A DNA stretch of 64,000 nt from Mobula hypostoma (Eukaryota), in NCBI RefSeq assembly GCF_963921235.1, contig NC_086097.1:86864001-86928000 (forward strand), in the 5' to 3' direction. The notes under the pieces were generated by a model that had not been told where the DNA came from, did not search any database, and saw only the letters and a program-made list of their open reading frames with translations. Positions within the stretch are counted from its first letter, which is position 1, and each line of letters opens with the position of its first letter. The position numbers were made by a program, and so were the translations under genes. Shown piece after piece: positions 53,219 to 64,000 of this stretch.

Positions 53219-54227
53219 CCAGTTTATAGGGCTAATATACTATGGCAAGGAGGGGAAGCCCTATCCCCCTCAAAGATTATCTTGATGTCACCATTATGAG
53301 CTAAGGTTCTCTCATAATCAGGAAGTCTGTAATCCTACTACAAAAGGTCATGGATGGTAAGTGCTTTGTTCACAGATAAGGTCAATGTCTGTTGGTCAAT
53401 GATATAAATAATGCATTTCACTGTATGTTTTCCTGTTTCAATGAATATATGACAAATAAAGCTATTTATCTTTAATCTTTTCTTTGAGTAAGTGGGATGA
53501 GGAATGAGATCATAAAACCATAAGACATTGGAGCAGAATTGAGCTATTCAGCCAATCGAGTCTGCTCCACCGTTCTATCATTGCTGATTCATTATCCCTC
53601 TCAGCCGCATTCTCCTACTTTCTCCCCGTAACCTTTGACACTGTGATTAATCAAGAGCCTGTCAACCTCCGTCTTAAATATACCCAGTGACTTGGCCTGC
53701 ACAGCTGTCTGTGGCAATAAATTCCACAGATTCTCTGGCTAAAGAAATTTTTACTCATCTCTGTTCTAAATGGACGTCCTTCAATTCTGAGGCTGCACCT
53801 TCTGGTCTATACTCACCAACTACAGGAAATATCCTCTCCACATCCACTCCATCTAAGCCTTTCAGTATTCAATAGATGTAAATGAGATGCCCCTCATTCT
53901 TCTAAACTACAGCAAATACAGGCCCAGTACCATCGAGTGCTCCTAGTATATTAATCCTTTGATTCCAGGGATCATTCTCTTGAACCTTCTCTGGATGCTC
54001 TCCTAGGCCAGCACATCTTTAGATAAGGGACCCAAACCTGCTCATGATACTCCAAATGTGGTCTGACCAATGCCTTATAAAGCCTTAGCTTTATATCCTT
54101 GATTTTGTATTCTATTCCTCTCAAAATTAATGCTAACATTGCACTTGCCTTCTTTACCACTGACTCAGCCTGCAAGTTAACCTTTAGGTAATCCTGCACA
54201 AGGACTCCCACTTCACTTTGTACCTTT

Positions 54228-55780
54228 ATAGAACATAGAACATAGCATAGTACAGGCCCTTCGGCCCACAATGTTGTGCCAACCCTTAAACCCTACCTCC
54301 CATATAACCCCACCCCCTCCCCGACCTCCATATACCTGTCTAGCAGTCTCTTAATTTTCACTAGTGTATCTGCCTCCACCACTGACTCAGGCATTGCATT
54401 CCACGCACCAACCACTCTCTGAGTAAAAAACCTTCCTCTAATATCCCCCTTGAACTTCCCACAGTGGTGCACTGGGGACGAGGCGCTGGCTGTCCACTCT
54501 AACTATTCCTCTTAATATCTTGTATACCTCTATCCTATCTCCTCTCATCCTCCTTCTCTCCAAAGAGTAAAGCCCTAGCTCCTTTAATCTCTGATCATAA
54601 TGCATACTTTCTAAACCAGGCAGCATCCTGGTAAATCTCCTCTGTACCTTTTCCAATGCTTCCACATCCTTCCTATAGTGAGGGAACCAGAACTGGACAC
54701 AGTACTCCAAGTGTGGCCTAACCAGAGTTTTATAGAGCTGCATCATTACCCCATGACTCTTAAACTCTATCTCTCGACTTATGAAAGCTAACACTCCATA
54801 AGCTTTCTTAACTACCCTATCTACCTGTGAGACAACTTTCAGGGATCTATGGACATGTACCCCCAGATCCCTCCGCTCCTCCACAATACCAAGTATCCTG
54901 CCATTTACTTTGTACTCTGCCTTGGAGTTTGTCCTTCCAAAGTGTACCACCTCACACTTCTCTGGGTTGAACTCCATCTGCCACTTCTCAGCCCACTTCT
55001 GCATCGTATCAATGTCTCTCCGCAATCTTTGACAATCCTCTACACTGTCCACAACACCACCAACCTTTGTGTCGTCTGCAAACTTGCCAACCCACCCTTC
55101 TACCCTGACATCCAGCTCGTTAATAAAAATCACGAGAAGCAGAGGTCCCAGAACCTATCCTTGTGGGACACCACTAGGCACAAACCTTCACCACGACCCT
55201 CTGCTTCCTGCAGGCAAGCCAATTCTGAATCCACCTGGCCAAACTTCCCTGGATCCCATGCCTTCTGACTTTCTGAATAAGCCTGCCGTGTGGAACCTTG
55301 TCAAATGCCTTACTAAAATCCATGTAGATCATATCCACTGCACTACCCTCATCTATATTCTTGGTCACCTCCTCAAAGAACTCTATCAGGCTTGTTAGAC
55401 ATGATCTGCCCTTCACAAAGCCATGCTGACTGTTCCTGATCAGACCATGATTCTCTAAATGTCTATAGATTCTACCTCTAAGAATCTTTTCCAAAAACTT
55501 TCCCACCACATTCGTAAGGCTTACTGGTCTATAATTACCTGGACTACCCCTACTACCTTTTTTGAACAAGGGGACAACATTTGCCTCTCTCCAATCTTCC
55601 GGTACCAGTCCCATGAACGAAGAGGACATGAATATCCTAGACAGAGGCTCAGCAATCTCTTCCCTTGCCTCACGGAGCAGCCTGGGGAATATTCCATCAA
55701 GCCCGGGGACTTATCCGTCCTAATGTATTTTAACAACTCCAACACCTCCTCTCCCTTAATATCAACATGATCCAGAACAT
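54228..55780 (-). mobile_element. Young CR1 (family of 18375-21007), 5'-truncated, nested
   Basis: (atagaac)n tail. Minus ORFs 55174-55629 and 54438-55133 (KFADDTKVGG) are near-identical to the 18375-21007 copy. Confidence 0.92.
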
Positions 55781-57028
55781 TGATTTTTGATTTTTTTCCC
55801 CAAATTTAGGATATGGTCTGCACTCTTATTCCTTCTACCAAGGTGTATGACCTTACACTTCCCTACACTATATTCTATTTGTCACTTTTTTGCCCTTTCC
55901 CTTATCTGGTGAAGTGCTTCTGCAGACTCTCTCCTTCCTCAACACTACATATCCACCACCTTATCCTTGCATCATCTGCAAACTTGGCCACAAAGCCATC
56001 AATTCCTTCATCCAAATCATTTCCATATAATGTGAAAAGAAGTGGTCCCAACATCGACCCCTGCGGCACAACACTAGTCACCGGCAGCCAGCCAGAGAAG
56101 GCCCCCTTTATTCCCATTCTTTGCCTCCTGCCAATCAGCCAATATTTTATCCATGCTAGTATCTTTCCTGTAATACCCATAGGCTCTTATCTTGTTAAGC
56201 AGCTCATGTGTGGCACCCTGTCAAAGTGCTTCTGAAAACAAGAAAAATCCACTAACTCTTCTTTGTCTATCCTGCCTGTTATTTCCTCAAAGAATTCTAA
56301 AAGATTTGTTAGGGAAGATTTCCCCTTTAGAAAACCATGCTAACTTTGGCCTATTTTCATGTGCCTCCAAGTACCCTGAAACCTCATCCTTAATAATAGA
56401 CTCCAATCTCTAACTGCATCACAAGATCATCTACCTTATTCCGTATATTACGTACATTCAGATATAAGCCTTTCAATCCTGTATTCATCACCCTTTTTGA
56501 TTTTGTTCCCCTGTTATACTTTAACTCATCCCATTTAGTGCGACTTTGCTCTATCATCAGCATGTCCTTCCTGACTGTCTCACTATTTCTAGTTGTATAC
56601 ACTACACTACATCTGCACTATGCACTACATCTAGTTGTATACTAACTGCCCTATCCTCAGCCACTCTCACTCCGGTTCCCATCCTCCTGCCTAATTGGTT
56701 GAAAACCTTTCCCACAGCTTTGGCAAACAGCAAGCATATTGGTTCCCCTCAGGTTCAGGTGTAACCTATCCTTTTTGTACAGGCTATACCTTCCCCAGAA
56801 AATATCCCAATGATCCAGAAATCTGAAAGCCTGTCCCCTGCACTAATTCTTCAGCCACACATTCATCTACCTGATTCTTACCCTCATATCATGCACAGAC
56901 AGCAATCCAAAGATTACTACCCTGGAGATTTTAGCTTTCTACCTAACTCACTATATTCCTTCTTTAGGACCTCCTCCCTATTCCTACCTACTATGTCATT
57001 GGTACCAAGATATACCATGACCTCTGGC

Positions 57029-57344
57029 TGTTCCCTCTAATTTGTGATCTCATGCTGTGCAATTTTTTGCCCAGTGACAACAGCATGTGCGCACTGAATA
57101 ATTTCTTCAATAAAAACAGTATAAATAAGTCAGTTCTAAAATCTGCAGAAAAATCATCACAAATTCCAAGTTGTCAACACTGTCTGCATCAGAAACCAGA
57201 AAAGGAAATGTGATTATGTACGATCGTGAAATATATGTAACTTACCATCGAGGTCGAGGGTGACAACCTTTTGTGCACAGTTTAAATTCCTTTGTGCACT
57301 AGTAGCAAAAGATATGTGCATGCACACACACCTTACAGGGAACA
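57029..57344. mobile_element. Probable hAT-type MITE interrupting CR1 ORF1
   Basis: Inverted ends tgttccctctaa (57029-57040) / ttacagggaaca (57333-57344). CR1 ORF1 sequence resumes on both sides. Confidence 0.55.
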
Positions 57345-58659
57345 ATGTTGCTCACCATCCCCCATCCCCAATGCTGTGGACCCAATCCAAGGCACCTTTG
57401 ACCCTGGAAATATACCATACATTGTCTCTCTCATGTCCACAGAATATGCATTCTGCTCTTCTAATAATGGAATCCCCTGTCGCTGTTGCTGCTGCACTCT
57501 TCTTCTCCCCCTTCCGTCTGAACCACAGAGCCAGACTCAATGCCAGAGATCTGGTCACTGTGAGATATAGTATTTGAGGCAGGTACAATAACAACTTTTG
57601 AAGGACAGTTGGACAGGTCCATGGATTGGAAAGTTGGCCAGGTACAGGACAAACTGGACTGTCAGACAGGTACAGGTACATGGATAGGAACAGATAAGAA
57701 GTTTATGAGTCAAATTCTGGCAAATGGGACTAGCCTGGTTAGGGCAACTTAGATGGCACTACTTAGGAAATGGCACGTTAACTGAATTCATACTTTGAAA
57801 ATACAAGTAAGAATATTTAGGGAAAATGAAATAATGTGTATATGAAACTGGATGGTATGTGTTTGGATGGGGGCTGGAAAAACTTGGGTGTTTTTCTTAA
57901 ATTGCTTCCAAACATGTAAAACTAATGATTGCCGTGCCCTAAGCTACTCAGTGTTAATTAAAATTACTAAATCTCCCAATTTTAAAAGCTTTTCTTTTTT
58001 CAGGCCCCGTGAACATGATAAAACATCTCAATCTTGCGTAACGTGCAATTTTTCAAACAAAATTTGACACCAAGCCTTGTAAGGAAATAATAAGTGAAAA
58101 TAGTAAAAGAAGTTTCTCAAGGAAAGAGAATAGTAAAGGCACAGAGGCTCTGGGGAGGAGTTTTAGGGCAAGGGCACTTGTAGCTGAAGGCATGGTTACC
58201 AATGGTGAAGCAACTAAGTACAGTGCAAAGATCTTAGGCAAATATATACAGGTAGGATGCCAAATACTTTTGCACAGTACTGTATTCGTCAACATGGAGA
58301 GGAGAATGAGTTTGTAATCTGGAGGGAGCAAGGGATGTTGGTAATGCCTGGGGTGGAGCAGATGGGAGGAGTGTCAATCAGGTGGCAAGGGAGGAGTGCC
58401 AGAGGCCTGTGGTGCCTTGAGACACCAGACAAAGTTATTTCAAACAATTGGTCTATTTATCATTGCAGAATGTCTCATTGGTGCTTTCCGCTCCTTCCCC
58501 TCGCCATTTCCCTTTCCCCAACCATGGTTCCCCTCTCCCTGCTCCTTTCCCACTCTTAGTCCACAATAGAGACCCATATCAAAATCAGGTTTATCATCAC
58601 TTACATATGTTATGAAATTTGTTTTTTTTTGAGGCAGCAGTACATGCATAAAATTACTG

Positions 58660-58726
58660 CAGTACTGTGCAAAAGTCTTAGGCACCCTAGCTGTATTAAT
58701 GTGCCTAAGAATTTTGCACAGTACTG
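58660..58726. mobile_element. 67-bp Tc1/mariner-type MITE (degenerate second copy ~58218-58282)
   Basis: 26-bp TIRs cagtactgtgcaaaagtcttaggcac / gtgcctaagaattttgcacagtactg. Confidence 0.8.
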
Positions 58727-60639
58727 TGCATATATTCAGGCATGGTGAATTAGGTAGAAGTTGAAGACAGCTGATACCTTGGAGACCTGTGGAAGTACAG
58801 TATTACGTATGTACACAATGTCATTGTGACTCATTTGCTGCAGCATATCAGAGTTTCTACTTTACAGTGAACATCAGTAAGTCAGAGCCCTCTAACAAAC
58901 TGTATCACCACATGAAATTGCTATCCAGCCTGTCCCCAACTTCCATAAACTTTAATAGCTCAGTAAAGTATGGATTACTTTCCACGTATGAAGAGCCACC
59001 TCTTAGCAAAGGCAAGCATCAATGGCAAAATTCGTAACACTTGGCGACATAACAAAAAGACTGTTCAAGTTATCAAGAATATAAGCCCAGAAATAAGTTG
59101 ATGGTCAAGCAGGCAGCAGTGGTTCTTGCCCTTCTGTATGCTTTGCTATTTGCTGTAGGTAGACCACGCCAGTGAAAGCATTGGAGAGATACTGGACACA
59201 AAGATTTAAAATCAACTTATCCACCTGTCCTGTCAAGCACCTCCTATACCAATGCAAAAAAAAGTCTGCTGTTTATCTACATCTTGCTATCCAGTGCTAG
59301 AAATTCAATATATTGTGCTACTGCAGTTACTCCCACATATGGGGTATCTAACATGCCAACTATGGGAGATGATAAACCTACTGGTCGCTTAGGTTCCTCT
59401 CTAGACGGAGATTTCATCAAGGCTACTTCTTCCAGTATCATATATTTTCCTCGGATTTACCAGAGTAACTTAATCTAGATTAGCTTTATTTGTCACGGGT
59501 ACGTTGAAACATACAGTCAAATGCTGCATTTCCGTCAAATCAAACCAGCGAAGTTTGTGCTGGGCAGGTTGCAGTGCCAACATAACACGCCCACAGCCCT
59601 CTAACCCTAACCTATACCTCTTTGGAATGTAGAAGGACACCCGAACATCCGAAGGAAACCCACACAGTCACAGGAGAATGAGCAAGCTCCTCACAGACAG
59701 GGCAGGAATTGAACACCGATTTTACAGCTGGTGCTGAAGCGGCATTAAGCTATCTTCTAAGCAACCATACCACCATCACTCCTTGTGCTTCCCCTCTCTT
59801 CCCAAAGATAGCTTAATTCTATCCTGCACAAGTGGCCTGCTCACTTGTTTTGCCTCCATCAAGTACAACTAAAAGGCGTTCAGAGATGTTTGGACGGGTG
59901 CATGGAAAGGAAAGCTTTAGAGAAATGTATTGTGTGTCAAATGCAGGCAAATAGGACTAACTTGGCACTTTGGTCAGCATGGACGGGCTGGGCCAAAGGA
60001 CGCCTTTAAGTGCAGTATGACTCTATGACAATCAGTCACAGGGTTAGTTCCGCTGCACCCCGACTCCTCTCCATCACTATTCCCTAATCCCATATAACCA
60101 TGAATTAGGCTATTTGGGCCATTGCATCTGCTCCGCCATTCTATCATGGCTGATTCATTATCCCTCTCAGCCCTGTTCTCCTGCCTTCTCCCAGTAACCT
60201 TTGATGACTGGACTAACCAAGAACCTATCAATCTCCTCTTTAAATATACCCAATGACTTGGTCCCCACATCTGTCTGTGGCTGTGAATTCCACCACCAGA
60301 AGATTCACAACCTTCTGGCTAAAGAGATTGCTCCTCATCTCTGCCCTAATGGGACATCCTTCTATTCTGAGTTTGTGCTCAGAAGTATCAGGTCCCTGGG
60401 TCCGTTTACTCATACCACTATCAAGCATTTTGCTGAACTGATGAATGGATGGTGTACTTGCCCTTCTCCACTCTACTCCTATACTCACTTCCTCATAACC
60501 ATCTGGACCATAGCTGCACCAGCATCCAGGTAGATGCAAGAGTAGGGTTAGTTACATGGGTCTGTGTTGAGGGAGGTCTCAGCAGCCTTTGCTGTTGCCG
60601 AACAGTTCCTAACTAGTGTCAGACATGAGCACTTGTGTG

Positions 60640-61256
60640 ACCATTAGACACTACACCATGCATGGAGCGGAAGATTTTTAAATAGCATTAATTACATGTG
60701 CTTCTGTTCAGAAAGCAGTTGTTCTTTTTGTCTCTGACAGTTGCCGAGAAATAACCAGTAAGACAATTCAGAACTGTTTTGCTCACTGGGATTTCAAGCA
60801 TTCAGGTTTGGAGATGACAGAAACGGTCTGGAGTGAAAGTGAAACGATTTCACTACTTCAACAAGTTAGGAGCTGTGAAGAATTAGAAGGTATCAACAAT
60901 CATCTTGAACATTACAATGAAAACTGGAGGATGCAATCATCGATAGCATTGTATAAAGGTCCGCCATTATCTGCACTACATGTTTGCACTGGATTTGTTC
61001 GTTAACAGTCAATTAAAGGAACGTGGTATGCTCCTTCGATAACTGTCAGGAACTAATACCCAGTTTTATAGTACTGTAGTAATATTGGTAGTGTTCTAAT
61101 TTGTTCTGTATTTAATTTTTTACTCAGCTCAATGGCAGATTGTCTTTCTTTACACCTTTTTAACTATTTCCATGAAACATTGGCTAATAGAAGCATCCGC
61201 TTAATTGGGCCAAAATACACTGGTCCTAATATGCCCTAATTTACCAGAATCCACTG
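60640..61256 (+). mobile_element. Tigger/pogo-like DNA transposon remnant (3' part)
   Basis: Ends ...ccagaatccactg|TA. 5' boundary uncertain. Confidence 0.4.
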
Positions 61257-62699
61257 TATTATGATCATTCTACTTGCATAGAAAAGTATATAACTCATAG
61301 TCACACAGACTTTCATGTCAGCAACAGCTTTTAGTTTTCAGTAGATCAGACAGTATCTTTGGAGAGAAATCGTTAATATTTAAGTTGTCACATTTCATCA
61401 GAATGTTCTGTCCATTATTTATCCATCTCCAAATATACATTCATGTATTTATACATCTCCCTTTTGAAAGTTATCATTGAATCTGCTGCTCCCATTCTAT
61501 TAAATGCTAATCCTAATCACATTTAGCATCTAAAAAGTTCTTGACATTTCTACCTGCTAGTTTTCAACCTTTCAGTAATAAATATTCTCATTTTAAAGTT
61601 CAAAGTTCAAAGCCCAAACTTGTTATGTTTTCAAAGTGCATATACTATCCTGAGATTCATTTTCTTGCTCAATTTTAAGCATCTTTAGCAACACTCTAAA
61701 TTTCAGTGCTTGGAAGGAGACTGAACAAAGCTTCCTCGTCTATCTACAGATGAAAGGTTAATCCAAAACATTAAATCTGCTTCTCTCATCCATTTACTAA
61801 TTCCAATATTTTGTGGTTTTATATCAGATTTTCAGCACCTGTAGGTTTTAGCTACTGTAAGGTTCTATATAGATTTGCTGGACAATAAGATTTTATGCTC
61901 CATGAGGCCTAGGGTGCCTAATAAATTATTGTTGGTGTTAACTAACAATCATTGCAAAAGATATTTCACCATATTTAAAGTTGCACCCATTTGATTTCTC
62001 TCCTTGTTTCAAAACAAAACATATGCATGATTTAATGCATGAGGAACTTGCATTTTTTATGGTAGCCACTGCCCTTTTAAATCCATTGCTACTCCCTTTC
62101 TTATTATTTAGTAGCCTTCCTAGCTCTTTGTTTAAAAGGAATTTCAGAATTGTGCTCTCCAAGTTGAAGACAGAGGTGATCCTGCATGAAAATTAGGGAA
62201 TATCATGGTATGGACTGAGGGATTTTACATTGCGGCATGCATTTTTTGTTTGCAAGATCCACTTATTTTAAAAGAAGCCACTTGCTTTTTGAGTCAGTGG
62301 CAGTTCTGAAAGAGCATCCATCACTCCCAATCTCGCACTCATTCCCACCCCCTGTAATCCATTCCTTATATCAACTATGTCCTTTTGCACACTACCGCCA
62401 CCCTCTCTGATAGTGAGACTTGTATCTACCCTCAACAGATGCAGAAAATAAAATATTCTAAGTATTCTAAGTTTGTAAAGAATTAGGGTTAACATGCAGA
62501 TTTAGGCAGAATACCCACTAGGTTTTAAGTTAAATCCTTACCTAGATCTGGATGAACCTTCTGCTTACAGCTGAACTTTGAAGAATGACTAAGTTAATAC
62601 ATATAAGCTAAAGCAAGGATCAGAAAGGTTGCACCTCACTTTGAACAAAGACAGGCAGTTTGTGATTTGCAACTTGTTTGAGGAAATATCAGATTTGTA

Positions 62700-63217
62700 A
62701 CTGTGCCTGTTTCATGTGGGCTTTTTGTGTAGGTTTGCAAAAGTTACGCAGATCTGTTTCTTTGAGCCACTATCAGCAAAAAAATGTAGCTGTTTTTCTT
62801 TCTGTTTCTTTATATCATACAGTGTGGAAGAGCCAATGTTGTAACACTCGCACAAGCTTTTCACCGATACACCACTGTCCAGTTTTTTCAAGAGTTCAAC
62901 CGTATCTTTAATGGATAATGTGCGGTGTTTTCGCTTCACAGCACGAGGTGCATTTCCTTTACTCACTGGGGTCGTGATTGGGGCTGAAAAAGAGTCAATG
63001 ATATTAATAAATGCAGGAAAACAAGCAGGCATCGCCTCTCTGTGCTTACAAGAGTGTGCCAACATATGAACAGATCTAGCACAACCAAAACAATGTGCAG
63101 CAGATTGGTATGGTAGCCTGGGAAATTTGAAATTACAGTTGTGTGAAAAATTTGAAATCAGTGCCAGATTATCGAAGGAACCGGATTACAGGTAGTCGGA
63201 TTAGTGAAGGTCGACTG
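62700..63217 (-). mobile_element. Tigger/pogo transposon 5' fragment with CENP-B-type HTH
   Basis: Minus ORF contains VKRKHRTLSIKDTVELLKKLDSGVSVKSLCECYNIGSSTLYDIKKQKEK. Terminal TA|cagtcgaccttcactaatccg at 63217. Confidence 0.8.
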
Positions 63218-63504
63218 TACTGGGTAAATTAATTGGTCATTGTAAATTCCCTCGTGATTAGGTTAGGGTTAAACCGGAGATGTCGGGGGTTGCGGGTCAG
63301 TGCAGCTGGAAGAATTGGAGGGCCTATTCTGTGCAGTACCTCTGAAGAAATAAACAAAAGCATCTCAGGTAGTTTCCATTTGAGAGTCATCTGATTTCTG
63401 TGTGCAACAGCAAGCGTTCAAACTGTTCATCATTCCCAATACAAAGCCCTTGAAATAGTTGAGAACTGAGAGCACTGGACCTAGTTTCTCACTGTGATAA
63501 AGGT

Positions 63505-64000
63505 TCAAAGGTTCATTTTATTGTCAAAGTATGCACGTACAATACAACTCGGATACCTGTCTTCTCCAGATAGCCATGAAATACAGAAAGACCTTGGAAG
63601 TTGTTGAAAGAAAAGACATCAACTCCCCCCTCTCCCAGCATGAAAAAGAAAGAGAAACAAAACTCGCAAACCCCCAAATTCCCTCACCCCCCCAGCAGAA
63701 AGAAACCAGCAACAATAGCATAAAATCCCCATCCCTCCCCGCAGAAAAACAGCAACAAAAGCAACAAATCCCCAACCCACCCTGCAGAAGAAAATAGCAA
63801 CAATAACAATCCCTGACCCCTCAGTCTCAGAAAAAAAAGCGACAGTAGCATCAAAATTCCCAACCCCTCCCCACATGCAAAAAAAACTAACAGATCACCC
63901 ACCCACTCACAAGAAAGAAAATGCCAAAAATCTGGACGAGACCAATATAAAGTGCAATCCAAAATCATATAAATCTCAGAATATCAAAGACATCTTTCCA
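63505..64000 (-). repeat. Non-autonomous retroposon-like repeat with (tttgaac)n-type tail (related copies ~1-160, ~37050-37850, ~42780-43400)
   Basis: Shared end ttcaaaggttcattttattgtcaaagtatgcacgtacaatacaactc... followed by CA-rich sequence. No coding motifs. Confidence 0.45.

Larger units (their letters stand above)
53511..57575 (-). mobile_element. Older CR1 remnant (3' end, RT pieces, APE start, ORF1 esterase), interrupted by a younger CR1 and a MITE
   Basis: LVRPHLEY (53972-54227), PQGSMLGP..KFADD (55902-56180), GLYLNVRNIRNKVDDL (~56400-56480), and ORF1 esterase motifs at ~56740-56880 and ~57400-57490. Confidence 0.7.

Noticed and set aside
42500..64000. Exons of a neighbouring gene downstream of PCNX1
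   Set aside because: No ORF or splice-bounded segment I could recognise. Coding-like pieces are explained by transposons. Short or non-coding exons could be missed.

Overview
Eukaryotic (vertebrate) genomic DNA. The repeat families (CR1, Rex1/Babar-like, Penelope-like, V-SINE/HE1-like SINEs, Tc1, hAT MITEs) suggest a cartilaginous fish, probably a ray; this is inference. The + strand carries the last 11 coding exons of pecanex 1 (PCNX1). They have GT-AG boundaries and consistent phases, span 2459-41386 (about 790 codons, ending ...[11 protein letters not shown]), and are followed by an AU-rich 3' UTR of about 1.1 kb. The introns and the 21 kb downstream are mostly transposon-derived. The highlight is a full-length 5.9 kb L1 with both ORFs intact and a perfect 17-bp TSD, inserted in sense orientation into a Rex1-like LINE inside a PCNX1 intron. 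Other points of interest are Penelope-derived minimal hammerhead ribozyme motifs (all degenerate), fully palindromic hAT MITEs, inverted LINE pairs bracketing exon groups (circRNA candidates), several nested insertions, and a CR1 ORF1 SGNH-esterase remnant. I found no CRISPR, rRNA, tRNA or prokaryotic system, and no clearly undescribed biological system. Repeat family names come from recognised motifs, not from a database search.
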